Shown here in pieces: positions 39,272-49,478 of a stretch of 64,000 nt of DNA. The notes under the pieces were generated by a model, which worked only from the letters and a program-made list of their open reading frames with translations, had not been told where the DNA came from and ran no database searches. The stretch is from Candidatus Bathyarchaeota archaeon (GTDB taxonomy: Archaea; Thermoproteota; Bathyarchaeia; Bathyarchaeales; Bathycorpusculaceae). The translations under genes and the position numbers were made by a program. Within the stretch, counting starts at the first letter, position 1; each line of letters begins with the position of its first letter. The stretch lies in NCBI GenBank assembly GCA_963828195.1, contig CAWHDT010000007.1, forward strand, positions 192,001 through 256,000, in the 5' to 3' direction.

Positions 39272-39305
39272 GTTCTTGCTCTTGCATAAAAATCAGTCCA
39301 GAGAC

Positions 39306-39740
39306 TTACTTCCATTCCCAGATTGCAATGTTGATTTCTGTCCACATTGGGTCAGTCGCTTCAAAAGTGACAACAGTAATGGTGTCGTTGAGCCAGCCTA
39401 GTTTTTCTGACATCGTCATGAAGGTCCACAAACCTACCGCGGTCGGGTTCTTACCCATCTCCATCTTCGTCATGCTAACTCCTTTCACTATGCCCATATC
39501 GCCACTCATAGTCATGAGCATTCCCTGATCTTTCGACCAACCGATGCCTTTAGGAGGCATCATGCTCTTGCCAGTCACATTGAGGTTGCAGTCTACGCCT
39601 TTAGCTTTCCCCATGCCCATCATTTTAGCCGTAAAAGTAAAGATTGAAACAACGCCCTCCATTCCAACTTCTTTTATGAAGCCTGCGCCACTTTTAGCTT
39701 TGCCTTCCCACAATTTCTCGCCAATCGCCAAATTTTTCAC
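39306..39740 (-). CDS. Hypothetical protein, Met/Gly-rich, beta-barrel-like
   Basis: Clean ORF with GAGGTGA SD; ends IWEWK. Confidence 0.7.
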   Translation of the reverse strand: MKNLAIGEKLWEGKAKSGAGFIKEVGMEGVVSIFTFTAKMMGMGKAKGVDCNLNVTGKSMMPPKGIGWSKDQGMLMTMSGDMGIVKGVSMTKMEMGKNPTAVGLWTFMTMSEKLGWLNDTITVVTFEATDPMWTEINIAIWEWK

Positions 39741-39917
39741 CTCACTAAATTAAAAAAGAATTTTATATCAAATTTAAGCAGTTGTGATTGCTCGTACACA
39801 GCAACATTATGATGCCTGCTCGGTTCACTTTCACTCCCCCCTCCCCTGCTTTAAACAGTCGTTTCATGGTTTGTTTTAAAAGCGTTTTTTTGGATACTGT
39901 GGGTTGGTGAGTTTGTC

Positions 39918-40256
39918 ATGTTCAAGGAAAACAGCGGGAAACTGATGGTTTATGCGTCAACTGGCGCTCCATGCAGGAAACGGTTGGAATCGGTTTGGAA
40001 TGCCACGCAAGAAACTGCTAAGCTGTTAAATCTAGATTTTAAGATGGTGAAGCTGGATAGGGCTGGGTCACCGATTTACGTGTACTATGAAGAAACAGGT
40101 GGCGAGGAACCTATTCCGCTGTATTGTGATGAAGGTAAAATGTCTGATTTAGAGGGGATATCTTCAGCGTTGAGAAGCATGATGTATGTTTTGTCTTTTC
40201 ATCCCAAGCATTCAGCGCTCAAGCAGATAAGAAAGGAAATCCTTAGACTTTCCTAA
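39918..40256 (+). CDS. Conserved hypothetical protein
   Basis: 112-aa ORF with GGTGA SD; convergent overlap with arcadin-1. Confidence 0.7.
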   Translation: MFKENSGKLMVYASTGAPCRKRLESVWNATQETAKLLNLDFKMVKLDRAGSPIYVYYEETGGEEPIPLYCDEGKMSDLEGISSALRSMMYVLSFHPKHSALKQIRKEILRLS

Positions 40257-40569
40257 AACGAATTGCTTGATTCTCCAGTATTACTTCGTAAACTTGATTT
40301 ACGTCAAAGGTAATGCATAAGCTGTCGTATTCATGTTCGGTTAAGAACAGGATTATTTTTGGTGTGGCAAGCTGCGTTTTCTGCGGCAGGAAAGGCATTT
40401 GCTGTTGGAGTGCTTGCATGATGTCTTGTGCCATTTTGGCTTCGTCTGATTGTGGTCTAAGCACGTAGGGGTTGACTTCTTGCTGCTCTTCAAGCAGCTC
40501 AATTCGTTTTCCCAGGTTGCCGTCCATATCGCGGGTGGACTCAATTTTGTTTACTCTCACGCGGAACAT
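40243..40569 (-). CDS. Arcadin-1 family protein
   Basis: Recalled resemblance to Pyrobaculum arcadin-1: KRIELLEE...QSDE...MPF...PKIILFLTE.E....DV..VYEV..EN. Confidence 0.72.
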   Translation of the reverse strand: MFRVRVNKIESTRDMDGNLGKRIELLEEQQEVNPYVLRPQSDEAKMAQDIMQALQQQMPFLPQKTQLATPKIILFLTEHEYDSLCITFDVNQVYEVILENQAIRFRKV

Positions 40570-40721
40570 AACTAACTCACTTCTAATTTAGCAAATAATA
40601 AGTCACACATTTAATCGTTTACACTACTTATACATGACTTTGCATATTGCTTTCATTAGTCACTGCAGCACTCAATGGAATGCCCATAAAAACATCGTAA
40701 AAAATAGTTTCTTTGTAGTCC

Positions 40722-41312
40722 CTATTGCGGTGCTGGATACGATTCATTGTTTGTTTGTTTCTTGATTTCTCTAATTCTCTTATCAATCTGTTTTAGCCGT
40801 TCCTGCATCATTTTGAATGATTGGTAAGTGTGCTTTCGCTGTTTTTCTAGCTCATTGAGGTTTTCTTGGCTGTTTATTTTCTCTTCGAGAAAAGGACTAA
40901 ATGGGGAAGGCATGGTCGGCATAGACTCGGACGCTTCAATGTTGAGGACTTCTCTGGAGAATTCTCGGAAAAGGCTGCCGATATTGTCGAATATTTCCGC
41001 TTGTTTTATGATGGCGCGTCTGAGAATAAGCTCTCCTGACTCTGTTATTTTGTAAATTTTGAGTCTGCGGTTATTTTGTTTTTCCCAGTGCCCTTTAATG
41101 TAACCTGATTTTTCGAGGTCGCGGAGGATTGGGTAAACGCCGCCCGCAGTGGGCTGCCAGAAGCCTTTAGTGCGCTTGTTAATTTCCTTCATTATTTCGT
41201 AGCCATGGGAGGTTTTCTTGTTAAGAAGGATCAAGACTCCCATGCGTATGTAGCCTTTCTGGGCTTCTTTCATCCAGTTCGCGGTTGTCTTTTCTTCTTT
41301 TTCTGTCGCCAT
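40722..41312 (-). CDS. PadR-family transcription regulator
   Basis: HGYEIM, G.VYP.L..LE..G, K.Y.ITESG. Confidence 0.92.
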   Translation of the reverse strand: MATEKEEKTTANWMKEAQKGYIRMGVLILLNKKTSHGYEIMKEINKRTKGFWQPTAGGVYPILRDLEKSGYIKGHWEKQNNRRLKIYKITESGELILRRAIIKQAEIFDNIGSLFREFSREVLNIEASESMPTMPSPFSPFLEEKINSQENLNELEKQRKHTYQSFKMMQERLKQIDKRIREIKKQTNNESYPAPQ

Positions 41313-41352
41313 GTTGCTTCAAATCTATATTATATTTGGGTAATACTTATAT

Positions 41353-41376
41353 TTTACCGCAATATATTGCAGTAAA
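41353..41376. promoter_or_regulatory. Candidate PadR operator
   Basis: TTTACCGCAATA|TATTGCAGTAAA, a 24-bp palindrome with one mismatched pair between divergent padR and ABC genes. Confidence 0.65.
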
Positions 41377-41404
41377 TACTATTCCAACATATGGGGTAAA
41401 CAAA

Positions 41405-42424
41405 ATGGCAAGCGACTCAGTCATCGAGGTCAAGGACCTGACAAAGGTCTTCGGCAAATTTACAGCAGTGGACAATATATCTTTTGACGTCAAAAAAGGC
41501 GAAATCTTTGGTTTACTTGGACCCAACGGAGCAGGAAAAAGCACAACGTTGCGCATGCTCTCAACACTAGCTAAACCAACCAAGGGAACCGCAAACATAG
41601 GCGGCTACGACATTGTCAAAGAAGACACTCAAGTCCGGAAGCTAATTGGCATTGTTTCCGAGAAAATGATAATGTATAATCGCTTAACCGCCAGAGAGAA
41701 CCTGTGGTTTTTTGGCAGCCTCTTCGACATCCCCAAAGACGTTTTAACTAAGCGCATAGACGAACTTTTTGACTTAGTGCAGTTGACCCAGTGGAAAAAC
41801 TCTCAGGTCGGCACGTTTTCAACTGGTATGCGCCAAAGAATGAACGTTATTCGAGCCTTGCTTAACTTGCCTCAGGTGCTGTTTTTGGATGAGCCAACCC
41901 TCGGGTTAGATCCTCAGTCCTCAGTTGAAATCCGAGAATTTATCCGGAAACTGAATAGGGAAAACGGCACAACAGTTGTCTTGACGACTCACATGATGGT
42001 TGACGCTGATTTGCTGTGTGACCGCATAGCCATTGTTGACCACGGAAAAATTGTTGCTTTAGACACGTCCCCAAACTTGAAAAAAACCATAACTGGAGCG
42101 GATACATCCATAATAAAATTAACCATACCTAATCTCAACCCCGACCTCTTAGCAAAACTTCAGGCGCTTGAATGCGCAGATGCCGTTACCCAAGAGAGCC
42201 CAAACGAACTAAAAGTTTTGGTGCATGGAAACGAAGCCTTTGACAACATCATAGATTCCATAAGGACAAACGGTGGAAAAATAAGTTCCATGGAGAATCT
42301 GCAACCAACCCTTGAAGACGTGTTTCTGCACATTACTGGTCATCAGGTAAGAGATAGCGCGACCGAGAAAATTCCTATGGAGCATAGGCGTTTTGGTCAA
42401 CAAGCGCAAAGCAGGATTAGGTGA
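41405..42424 (+). CDS. ABC-2 (DrrA-type) exporter ATP-binding subunit
   Basis: GPNGAGKS, FSTGM, LDEPT, TTH. Confidence 0.93.
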   Translation: MASDSVIEVKDLTKVFGKFTAVDNISFDVKKGEIFGLLGPNGAGKSTTLRMLSTLAKPTKGTANIGGYDIVKEDTQVRKLIGIVSEKMIMYNRLTARENLWFFGSLFDIPKDVLTKRIDELFDLVQLTQWKNSQVGTFSTGMRQRMNVIRALLNLPQVLFLDEPTLGLDPQSSVEIREFIRKLNRENGTTVVLTTHMMVDADLLCDRIAIVDHGKIVALDTSPNLKKTITGADTSIIKLTIPNLNPDLLAKLQALECADAVTQESPNELKVLVHGNEAFDNIIDSIRTNGGKISSMENLQPTLEDVFLHITGHQVRDSATEKIPMEHRRFGQQAQSRIR

Positions 42425-43617
42425 TTAACATGACTGCAAAATCTTTAATTTCGCATACTGCCAGAATCGCGTGGAAAGACCTAACTGAACTATTTAGAAA
42501 CAGACTCGGCTTGGTTCTGCTTATCGTGATGCCACTATTCATGATGGTTATGGTCGGCTTTATTTATCCGTCCGGCAATGTCTCGCCAAACAGCATGCCT
42601 TTTGGTGTGGTGAATCAAGATTCAGGCTTTAACAATAGCACTATTCCAAGCCAAACTTTCATCACGGGCTTTCAAATAATGAACAACCAAACACACATGC
42701 TGACTCTTTCCCAAAGTTCAAGCCTAGCTGACGTTAAGAGCGAGATTCAAAAGGGCACAATAGATGGCGCCGTAATTATACCTAGCAATTTCTCTGCAAG
42801 CGTCCTGAGCGGTGAACAGGGAACGCTGATTGTATTAACTGACCAGTCTAACCCAACCGTATCATCAGAGTTGCAGGCAGCTGTCTCCGCCGAAATTAAC
42901 AGTTTAGGCACACAGCTTGCAGAGCAAAGAGTTCAAAACCTATCTTCAAATGTAACCGCGAATAGTTCACTCGCCATCGTCCAACCATACACTGTTCCAG
43001 CCCCCGCAAGTGAGAGCTACTTTAGCTTCATTGCTCCTGGAATGGTTATGTTGACGGTTATGATGAGCGTTATGACGGGGCTGCCTGTTGCGATATCTCA
43101 GGAGAGAGAAGTCGGCACAATGGACGGCATGATGGTTGCTCCAATCAACCGGTTATCCATCATCTTAGGAAAAGCTTTAGGCCAGACGGGGCGCGGGTTA
43201 ATTCAAGGCGTCATAGTGATGGCTTTGGCTCTAGGGCTATTTGGCGTCGTGATACATGGAAGCATGCTCCTAGTTGTTGCTTTGCTGCTGCTAGGCGTAT
43301 TCTCGTTCGTCGGCTTAGGCATCGTTTTAACGTCCCTCGCTAAGGATCAGGAAACAGCGCAGATGATGATGATGACACTGATGTTCCCAATGATGTTCCT
43401 CAGCGGCGTGATGTTCCCGCTACAGCAGATGCCCTGGTACATGCAGGACATAGCAAAATTCCTCCCGTTAACGTATGCTGCGGATGCTATGCGAAAAGTA
43501 ATGGTGCTGGGCGCCGGAGTAGGCGACATCTCTTCAGACCTGATAATCCTGATAGCGTTCGGCGTAATCATGATTGCAATCGCGGTCCCGCTGTTCAGAC
43601 GAATGATGACGAGGTAA
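42421..43617 (+). CDS. ABC-2 exporter permease
   Basis: Multi-TM; EREVGT, FLSG..FP...MP, PLTY. Confidence 0.92.
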   Translation: MINMTAKSLISHTARIAWKDLTELFRNRLGLVLLIVMPLFMMVMVGFIYPSGNVSPNSMPFGVVNQDSGFNNSTIPSQTFITGFQIMNNQTHMLTLSQSSSLADVKSEIQKGTIDGAVIIPSNFSASVLSGEQGTLIVLTDQSNPTVSSELQAAVSAEINSLGTQLAEQRVQNLSSNVTANSSLAIVQPYTVPAPASESYFSFIAPGMVMLTVMMSVMTGLPVAISQEREVGTMDGMMVAPINRLSIILGKALGQTGRGLIQGVIVMALALGLFGVVIHGSMLLVVALLLLGVFSFVGLGIVLTSLAKDQETAQMMMMTLMFPMMFLSGVMFPLQQMPWYMQDIAKFLPLTYAADAMRKVMVLGAGVGDISSDLIILIAFGVIMIAIAVPLFRRMMTR

Positions 43618-43892
43618 GCGGAGGCACAGACACGAGTACCCTTTGCTCCAAATGCCCTTTCTTTCAACTTGCCCCACTGATAAAACGCAAGAACGCGCGT
43701 AAACGCTGCCGCATCGAACCCCAAAGGCAACTGCGAATCTACGAATGCAAAGACTACCCCAAAAAACACTTTTTCGGCAAGTAAACCGGGCCATTTCCCA
43801 CTTTTAATTCTTTATCGATGGCTAGTTTAGGTGACTGTTCCCGTTACGGTTTTATATTCAGCAGACATACAACTGAAAGAAGAGAAAGAGCT

Positions 43893-45335
43893 ATGTCAGA
43901 TACTGGAGTAACTGTAAAGAAAAATGAGGATTTCTCCGAATGGTACGTTCAAGTGGTTCAGAAAGCTGAACTTGCAGATTACGCGCCTGTTAAAGGCTGC
44001 ATGATAATTCGCCCAGACGCCTACGCAGTTTGGGAAAAGATTCAAGAAATTCTCAATAAGAAAATCAAGGCGACTGGCGTTCGCAACGTATATTTTCCAA
44101 TGTTTATTCCAGAGGCATTCCTCAAAAAAGAAGCTGAACACTTCGCCGGTTTCACCCCTGAAGTTGCATGGATCACTCAGGGCGGAGACACGCCGCTTGA
44201 AGAGAAACTTGCTGTGCGGCCAACAAGCGAAACCATAATGTACGACACGTTTAACAAGTGGATTCGCAGCTGGCGAGATCTGCCAGTTAAAATTAATCAG
44301 TGGTGCAACATTGTAAGGTGGGAAACTAAAGCTACCAAGCTGTTTTTGCGGACACGCGAGTTTCTTTGGCAGGAAGGCCACACCGCGCACGCATCGAGCG
44401 AAGAAGCTGAAGCCGAAGTCCTATATGCGTTGGGCGAGTACAAAGACATAATTGAGAATTACCTTGCTATCCCAGTTTTGGTCGGCACAAAAAGTGACAG
44501 TGAAAAGTTTGCCGGCGCCCTCTACACGACTGCTTTGGAGTCAATTATGCCTGATGGAAAAGCCCTGCAGATGGGAACCAGCCACAACTTAGGCCAGCAT
44601 TTCGCTAAGGTATTTGACATAAAATACATCGGCGAAGATAAATTGGACCATTATGTCTGGCAGACCAGTTGGGGCATCACTACGCGGCTCATCGGCGCAA
44701 TGGTTATGGTTCACGGCGACGACAAAGGCTTAATCATGCCGCCTAAAGTGGCGCCTGTTCAGGTTGTTATTGTTCCAATTCTCTTTAAAAAGGCAGAAAC
44801 AGAGGCGATAGCGTCTAAAACCAAAGAAGTAGCTGAAACCCTCAAAGCCAAGGGATTTAGCGTCATTTTAGATGACAGAGAAGAGTACACGCCAGGCTGG
44901 AAATTTAACCAGTGGGAACTCAAAGGCGTCCCAGTCAGAATCGAGCTGGGTCCACGCGACCTCAAGCAGGGACAAGTCGTCATGGTTAGGCGGGACACAG
45001 GTCAAAAAACGCCGGTAAAAGAAGCAGACATACCCGCTGCAACAGAGAAACTCCTCGCGGAAATTCAAGACAACCTCTTTGCCAAAGCCAAAGCTCTGAT
45101 GCAGGAAAAAACCACTGCCGTGCAAACCTATGAGGAATTCAAGTCGGTTCTCTGTGACAAAGGCGGCTTCGTCAAGGCGGCTTGGTGCGGCAGCGCCGAG
45201 GATGAAGCAAAAATCAAAGATGAAACAGGCGCAACAATTAGAGTTCGACCTTTCCAAACAGAAGTATCTGCGGCACCCTGCGTTTACTGCGGGAAAGAAG
45301 CTAAGGAAACGGTGTATTTTGCAAGGTCATACTGA
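43893..45335 (+). CDS. proS: Proline-tRNA ligase, archaeal/eukaryotic type
   Basis: RPTSET, QWCN..RWE, LRTREF.WQEGH, C-terminal FARSY. Confidence 0.97.
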   Translation: MSDTGVTVKKNEDFSEWYVQVVQKAELADYAPVKGCMIIRPDAYAVWEKIQEILNKKIKATGVRNVYFPMFIPEAFLKKEAEHFAGFTPEVAWITQGGDTPLEEKLAVRPTSETIMYDTFNKWIRSWRDLPVKINQWCNIVRWETKATKLFLRTREFLWQEGHTAHASSEEAEAEVLYALGEYKDIIENYLAIPVLVGTKSDSEKFAGALYTTALESIMPDGKALQMGTSHNLGQHFAKVFDIKYIGEDKLDHYVWQTSWGITTRLIGAMVMVHGDDKGLIMPPKVAPVQVVIVPILFKKAETEAIASKTKEVAETLKAKGFSVILDDREEYTPGWKFNQWELKGVPVRIELGPRDLKQGQVVMVRRDTGQKTPVKEADIPAATEKLLAEIQDNLFAKAKALMQEKTTAVQTYEEFKSVLCDKGGFVKAAWCGSAEDEAKIKDETGATIRVRPFQTEVSAAPCVYCGKEAKETVYFARSY

Positions 45336-47193
45336 TAAAAGGCTCGTTTGCCAATTTAACGTATGTCTCAAGCTGCTTAGCTTCTTCAGCTAAACCCAGC
45401 CGCTCCAAAGTCACTTGTGTTGGGACACCATTTTCACTCCAACCCCTCTTCTCATAGTACAGGCTCAGCATCCTCTCGTATTTGTCTAAGTCAAGCACTG
45501 CGCCTTTTAATGCGCCCTGGGTTAAGGGTTCTTTAAACCACCTTTTCGGCGGAACATCCAAATCACGGCTCCATTTTTCTCTGTACTCTCGCACCCAGAA
45601 AGCCCGAATCAAATTGAGAATCCTATCGCCGATTTGGTTTAGCTGCTCTAAAGAAAATTCAACTCCGGTGGCTGCACGCAAGTATTTTTGGTACCATTCA
45701 AGCTCAAACCCGAGTTGGTTGTAGGGGAAACGGCAGATTGTTAATGCTTCAAAGAGCCCGCCGCGGATAAGCTGGGTTTCAATTAGGTGCTCAACTTTTT
45801 CAGCGTTGTAGTTTTCTCTGCCGGCTTTTATTTCCCATGTGATTAGCCAAGCGTCTTTGTGATGGGCGCCAATGGAGCTGGTGCCGTAGGCTAAAGCCAT
45901 GCCTGGAGCTGCGTGGCAATCATAGGCGGAAACCTCCAAGCCTTTAACATGCATGGCCCAGTCGCTTGACCCATTGCCAATTGCCGCGGAAGCATTTCGG
46001 ACGCCTTCAGCTAAAACCGCGCCCAAACCCCGCCTATACGCAACATCCTCAATCAGGGATTTAATCTCCTCAAACTCTCCCCACCGAATCTTCTCCGCAA
46101 TCAATCCTTTCTCGGAGGCTTCCATGGCAAAGCCAAGCACGTTCCCAAGGGAAATGGCGTCAAACCCAAGCTGGTCCGCTATGCGGTTTAAAGTCGCCAC
46201 CTGCTTCAGATTGCCTAAACCGATGTTGGAGCCAAGCATCGTAACGTTTTCGTAATCTAACTCTGAATCTTTTCCTTCGCTGTCTTTGACAACGTTGCCG
46301 CAGGTCATGTTGCACTGGGGACAGCCGCGGTTTGAAGCCTTGATTTTCTCCATGGCAAATCCACCGATTTCTTCAGCCTTATCAAAAATCCCCTGCCTAT
46401 AATTGTAGGTAGGAAGAGCACTGTTCTCCTGTGACCACTCCACCGTTGACATGGTTCCCTGCCGCTTCCAAAAAGCGTAGAGCGGTTTGGTTTGGAGTTC
46501 ACGGTAACCGTCGATTGCTAGCTTCTTCATTCCATCTGGGTCTGCGAGCGGTATCTGCGTTGTGCCTTCAACCACTATGGCTTTTAGGTTTTTGGAGCCC
46601 ATAACAGCGCCCATTCCAGGCCTTCCGCCGGAGCGTCCCTCTTGCGAAACAACAGTTGCAAACTTGACTTTGTTCTCTCCAGCGGGACCAATAGAAACTA
46701 TTCCTGCCGAACGCGAATATTTCTTTACTAGCTGCTCATGAGTTTCAAAAGAGTTCAAGCCCCAAAAATCCTTAGCATCAACAAACTCGCAGGTTTCATC
46801 TTTAATGTTGAGAATCACCGGGGTCTGCGCTTTGCCCTCTATGATGAGAGCGTCGTAACCAGCCCTACGCATCTGCACAGCCGCCATTGTTCCCATGTTT
46901 CCATCGCCGTAGCCGCCGGTTAAGGGGCTTTTTGAGGCGACCACAAGTTTGCCGCTGTTAGGTAAACCAATGCCCGTTAAAGGTCCAGTGGCGAAAATCA
47001 GCTTGTTTTCAGGTGACATGGGGTCGGTTCCCTGTTTAAGGCGGTTCCAAAGGATTTTAGCCGCGAAGCCTCTGCCTCCAAGAAAATTCAAAGCCAATGC
47101 TTCATCATATTTTTCTGGAACTGCCTTACGTTTTGTTAAGTCTATGTTCAGAAAATCGCCTGTCCAACCAAACATGCTTTTCACCAAAATCAT
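45301..47193 (-). CDS. Tungsten aldehyde:ferredoxin oxidoreductase family
   Basis: KSPLTG, GRPGMGAVMGSKNLKA, CPQC..TC, DYE, D..G.D.IS. Confidence 0.93.
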   Translation of the reverse strand: MILVKSMFGWTGDFLNIDLTKRKAVPEKYDEALALNFLGGRGFAAKILWNRLKQGTDPMSPENKLIFATGPLTGIGLPNSGKLVVASKSPLTGGYGDGNMGTMAAVQMRRAGYDALIIEGKAQTPVILNIKDETCEFVDAKDFWGLNSFETHEQLVKKYSRSAGIVSIGPAGENKVKFATVVSQEGRSGGRPGMGAVMGSKNLKAIVVEGTTQIPLADPDGMKKLAIDGYRELQTKPLYAFWKRQGTMSTVEWSQENSALPTYNYRQGIFDKAEEIGGFAMEKIKASNRGCPQCNMTCGNVVKDSEGKDSELDYENVTMLGSNIGLGNLKQVATLNRIADQLGFDAISLGNVLGFAMEASEKGLIAEKIRWGEFEEIKSLIEDVAYRRGLGAVLAEGVRNASAAIGNGSSDWAMHVKGLEVSAYDCHAAPGMALAYGTSSIGAHHKDAWLITWEIKAGRENYNAEKVEHLIETQLIRGGLFEALTICRFPYNQLGFELEWYQKYLRAATGVEFSLEQLNQIGDRILNLIRAFWVREYREKWSRDLDVPPKRWFKEPLTQGALKGAVLDLDKYERMLSLYYEKRGWSENGVPTQVTLERLGLAEEAKQLETYVKLANEPFISMTLQNTPFP

Positions 47194-47420
47194 ATGATAT
47201 TCTAGCGTTCATTGAATAAAAATGTGATGAAGAAAAGTCCGTTAAGGCTGGAACTACTGAGTTAATTAAAAGAAATCTGCCTGATTGACTAGCCTTCTGA
47301 TCCGTTCTCTGTCAGGTTCCAGGCTTTTTCGTTCGAGCTTTTAAACGTGCTTGCTCGGTTAGATAGCGTTGTATTTCATCCAAATGCTTTAATAATTGAA
47401 TCAAATTAAATATTACTTAG

Positions 47421-47825
47421 TTGATTTTTATGGTTTCTTCTGGCAACCCAAAGCTGATATTGGCAGTTTTGTTTGCAGTGGGTTTCATTGTAGGATTTCT
47501 GCTAACTCCATTGGGATTTGAGACGCGCGAGCCAGAGATACGGACCTTGTGGTTCGGAGTGTACTTTGTGGTCGTGGGATTGCTGCTTCCGCTTGTCGGG
47601 TTGGTCTGCGTGTTTCGAAGACCCAGAGTCGCTGGCGTTTTGGGGGTGATCGATGCTGCGTTCATTTTCTTAACCGCGCCCGCTGATCAGGCAAAGTTTT
47701 TCTTCACACTTAGCCCTCCGCCCGCCGTTACGATCGGCGAGTATATTCTCATCATTCTGGGAATCGGATACATACTGTATGGACAGCGAATATACCTCGA
47801 AAACGAACGAATAAAGCACAAATGA
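47421..47825 (+). CDS. Hypothetical four-TM membrane protein
   Basis: Four hydrophobic segments. Confidence 0.7.
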   Translation: MIFMVSSGNPKLILAVLFAVGFIVGFLLTPLGFETREPEIRTLWFGVYFVVVGLLLPLVGLVCVFRRPRVAGVLGVIDAAFIFLTAPADQAKFFFTLSPPPAVTIGEYILIILGIGYILYGQRIYLENERIKHK

Positions 47826-47952
47826 TGCTCAATAGGCAAAGACAGCGTAGAAAACTGTGCAAAAAAGAAAATTTTTCCGCTCTCCCTTTCTGTTTTTTGT
47901 TAGGAAGATTTATTTTTTGGTTAGCAAGTGTTTGGGTAACAGGTAACTTAAC

Positions 47953-49158
47953 TTGGGCATCAAAGTAACCAACAGGGCATCAAACATCGAGTATGCGATA
48001 CGAGACGTCATTCAACACACGACGCAGCTTGTGAAAGACGGCAAAAAAATCTACTACCTAAACATCGGTGACCCAGCAGCTTTTGATTTTAAAACCCCGC
48101 AGAACGTCAAAGATGCCCTGTGCAAAGCGGTGCAGAAAGATGATAATTACTATTCGCCCTCAGAAGGCAGATTAGACCTCAGAGAAGCAATCGTCCGCAA
48201 AGAGAAAAAAGTCAACAACGTGGACATCACCCCCGACCAAGTGCTGGTGACCGAGGGCATCTCTGAAGGAATACAAATGATTCTTGGCGCCCTCGTTGAG
48301 AAAGGGGACGAAATTCTCTTTCCAGGCCCAACTTACCCACCATACATTTCCTATACACGTTTTTTCGACGGTACACCTATCTCCTATGAAACCATTGAAG
48401 AACACGGTTGGCATCCAAACATCGATGACCTGAGAAGCAAAATCTCTAAGAAAACACGCGCCATCGTAATCATTAACCCGAATAATCCGACAGGTTCAGT
48501 TTACGATAGAAAAACGATAAAGGAGATTTTGGATATCGCAGGCGAACATAACCTGCCCGTGCTGACTGATGAAATTTACGACCAATTAACCTACGAGAAA
48601 GAATTCGTCAGCGCTGCACACGTCTCCAAAGATGTGCCCGTGATCGGGTTAAACGGCTTCTCCAAAGTTTACTCCATGACGGGTTTGCGCTTGGGCTACA
48701 TGTACTTTAAAGGCGAAGGTAAACAGCTTGAGACGCTTAAGGCAGGTGTAGAAAAAGAATGCAGAATCCGCATTTGCGCCAATACCCCTGTACAGATAGC
48801 TGCAACGGCAGCGCTCAACGGACCCCAAGACTGCATCAAAGACATCGTTGACCGCCTAAGGCAGCGCCGAGACTTCTCTTGGAAACGCCTAAACGAAATC
48901 GAAGGCATAAGCACCACCAAACCCGAAGGCGCATTCTACATATTCCCAAAAATCCAAGGCATCGGCACAAGATGGAAAACCGACATGGACTTCGTCGTGC
49001 AGCTCCTAAAAGCAACAGGCGTACTCATCGTCAACGGCTCAGGCTTTGACCCAGTCTACGGAAAAGGACACGCAAGAATAGTCTTCTTACCGCCCATAGC
49101 CGAGCTGGAGCAGGCGTATAATGCCCTGGAAGAGTTCATGAAGCAAAAAAAACCATAG
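47953..49158 (+). CDS. Class I/II PLP aminotransferase (alanine aminotransferase-like)
   Basis: LNIGDP, NPNNPTG, DEIY, SK..SMTGLRLG. Confidence 0.92.
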   Translation: MGIKVTNRASNIEYAIRDVIQHTTQLVKDGKKIYYLNIGDPAAFDFKTPQNVKDALCKAVQKDDNYYSPSEGRLDLREAIVRKEKKVNNVDITPDQVLVTEGISEGIQMILGALVEKGDEILFPGPTYPPYISYTRFFDGTPISYETIEEHGWHPNIDDLRSKISKKTRAIVIINPNNPTGSVYDRKTIKEILDIAGEHNLPVLTDEIYDQLTYEKEFVSAAHVSKDVPVIGLNGFSKVYSMTGLRLGYMYFKGEGKQLETLKAGVEKECRIRICANTPVQIAATAALNGPQDCIKDIVDRLRQRRDFSWKRLNEIEGISTTKPEGAFYIFPKIQGIGTRWKTDMDFVVQLLKATGVLIVNGSGFDPVYGKGHARIVFLPPIAELEQAYNALEEFMKQKKP

Positions 49159-49478
49159 CAGAAAACCACGAACCGCGGGGTAAGTTCTAATGAAATTAAG
49201 GCTCAGTTCGGCGGAAGCTGTCTGTGTAGCAAGTAAACGGAATTATAATTCTCTATTTGGCAACACTCTTGAGAAATGTTCGTTTTACCCAATTTATTCG
49301 GAAACTCGATACTGCAGCATAAATCTCTGCCAAATCTTAAATATCAAATTGTCCAGATATACTACGTTAATAAAATCAATAATCAAAAAGAAAATAGTCA
49401 AATTGCACTTTAATTATCTAATACAAAAACAAAAGAAGGTATGAAGGTATCACTAAAGCAAGGATTATAGTTGATGGG

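Noticed and set aside
49190-49444. 84-aa AT-rich ORF
   Set aside because: No motif, and its composition is typical of non-coding AT-rich DNA.
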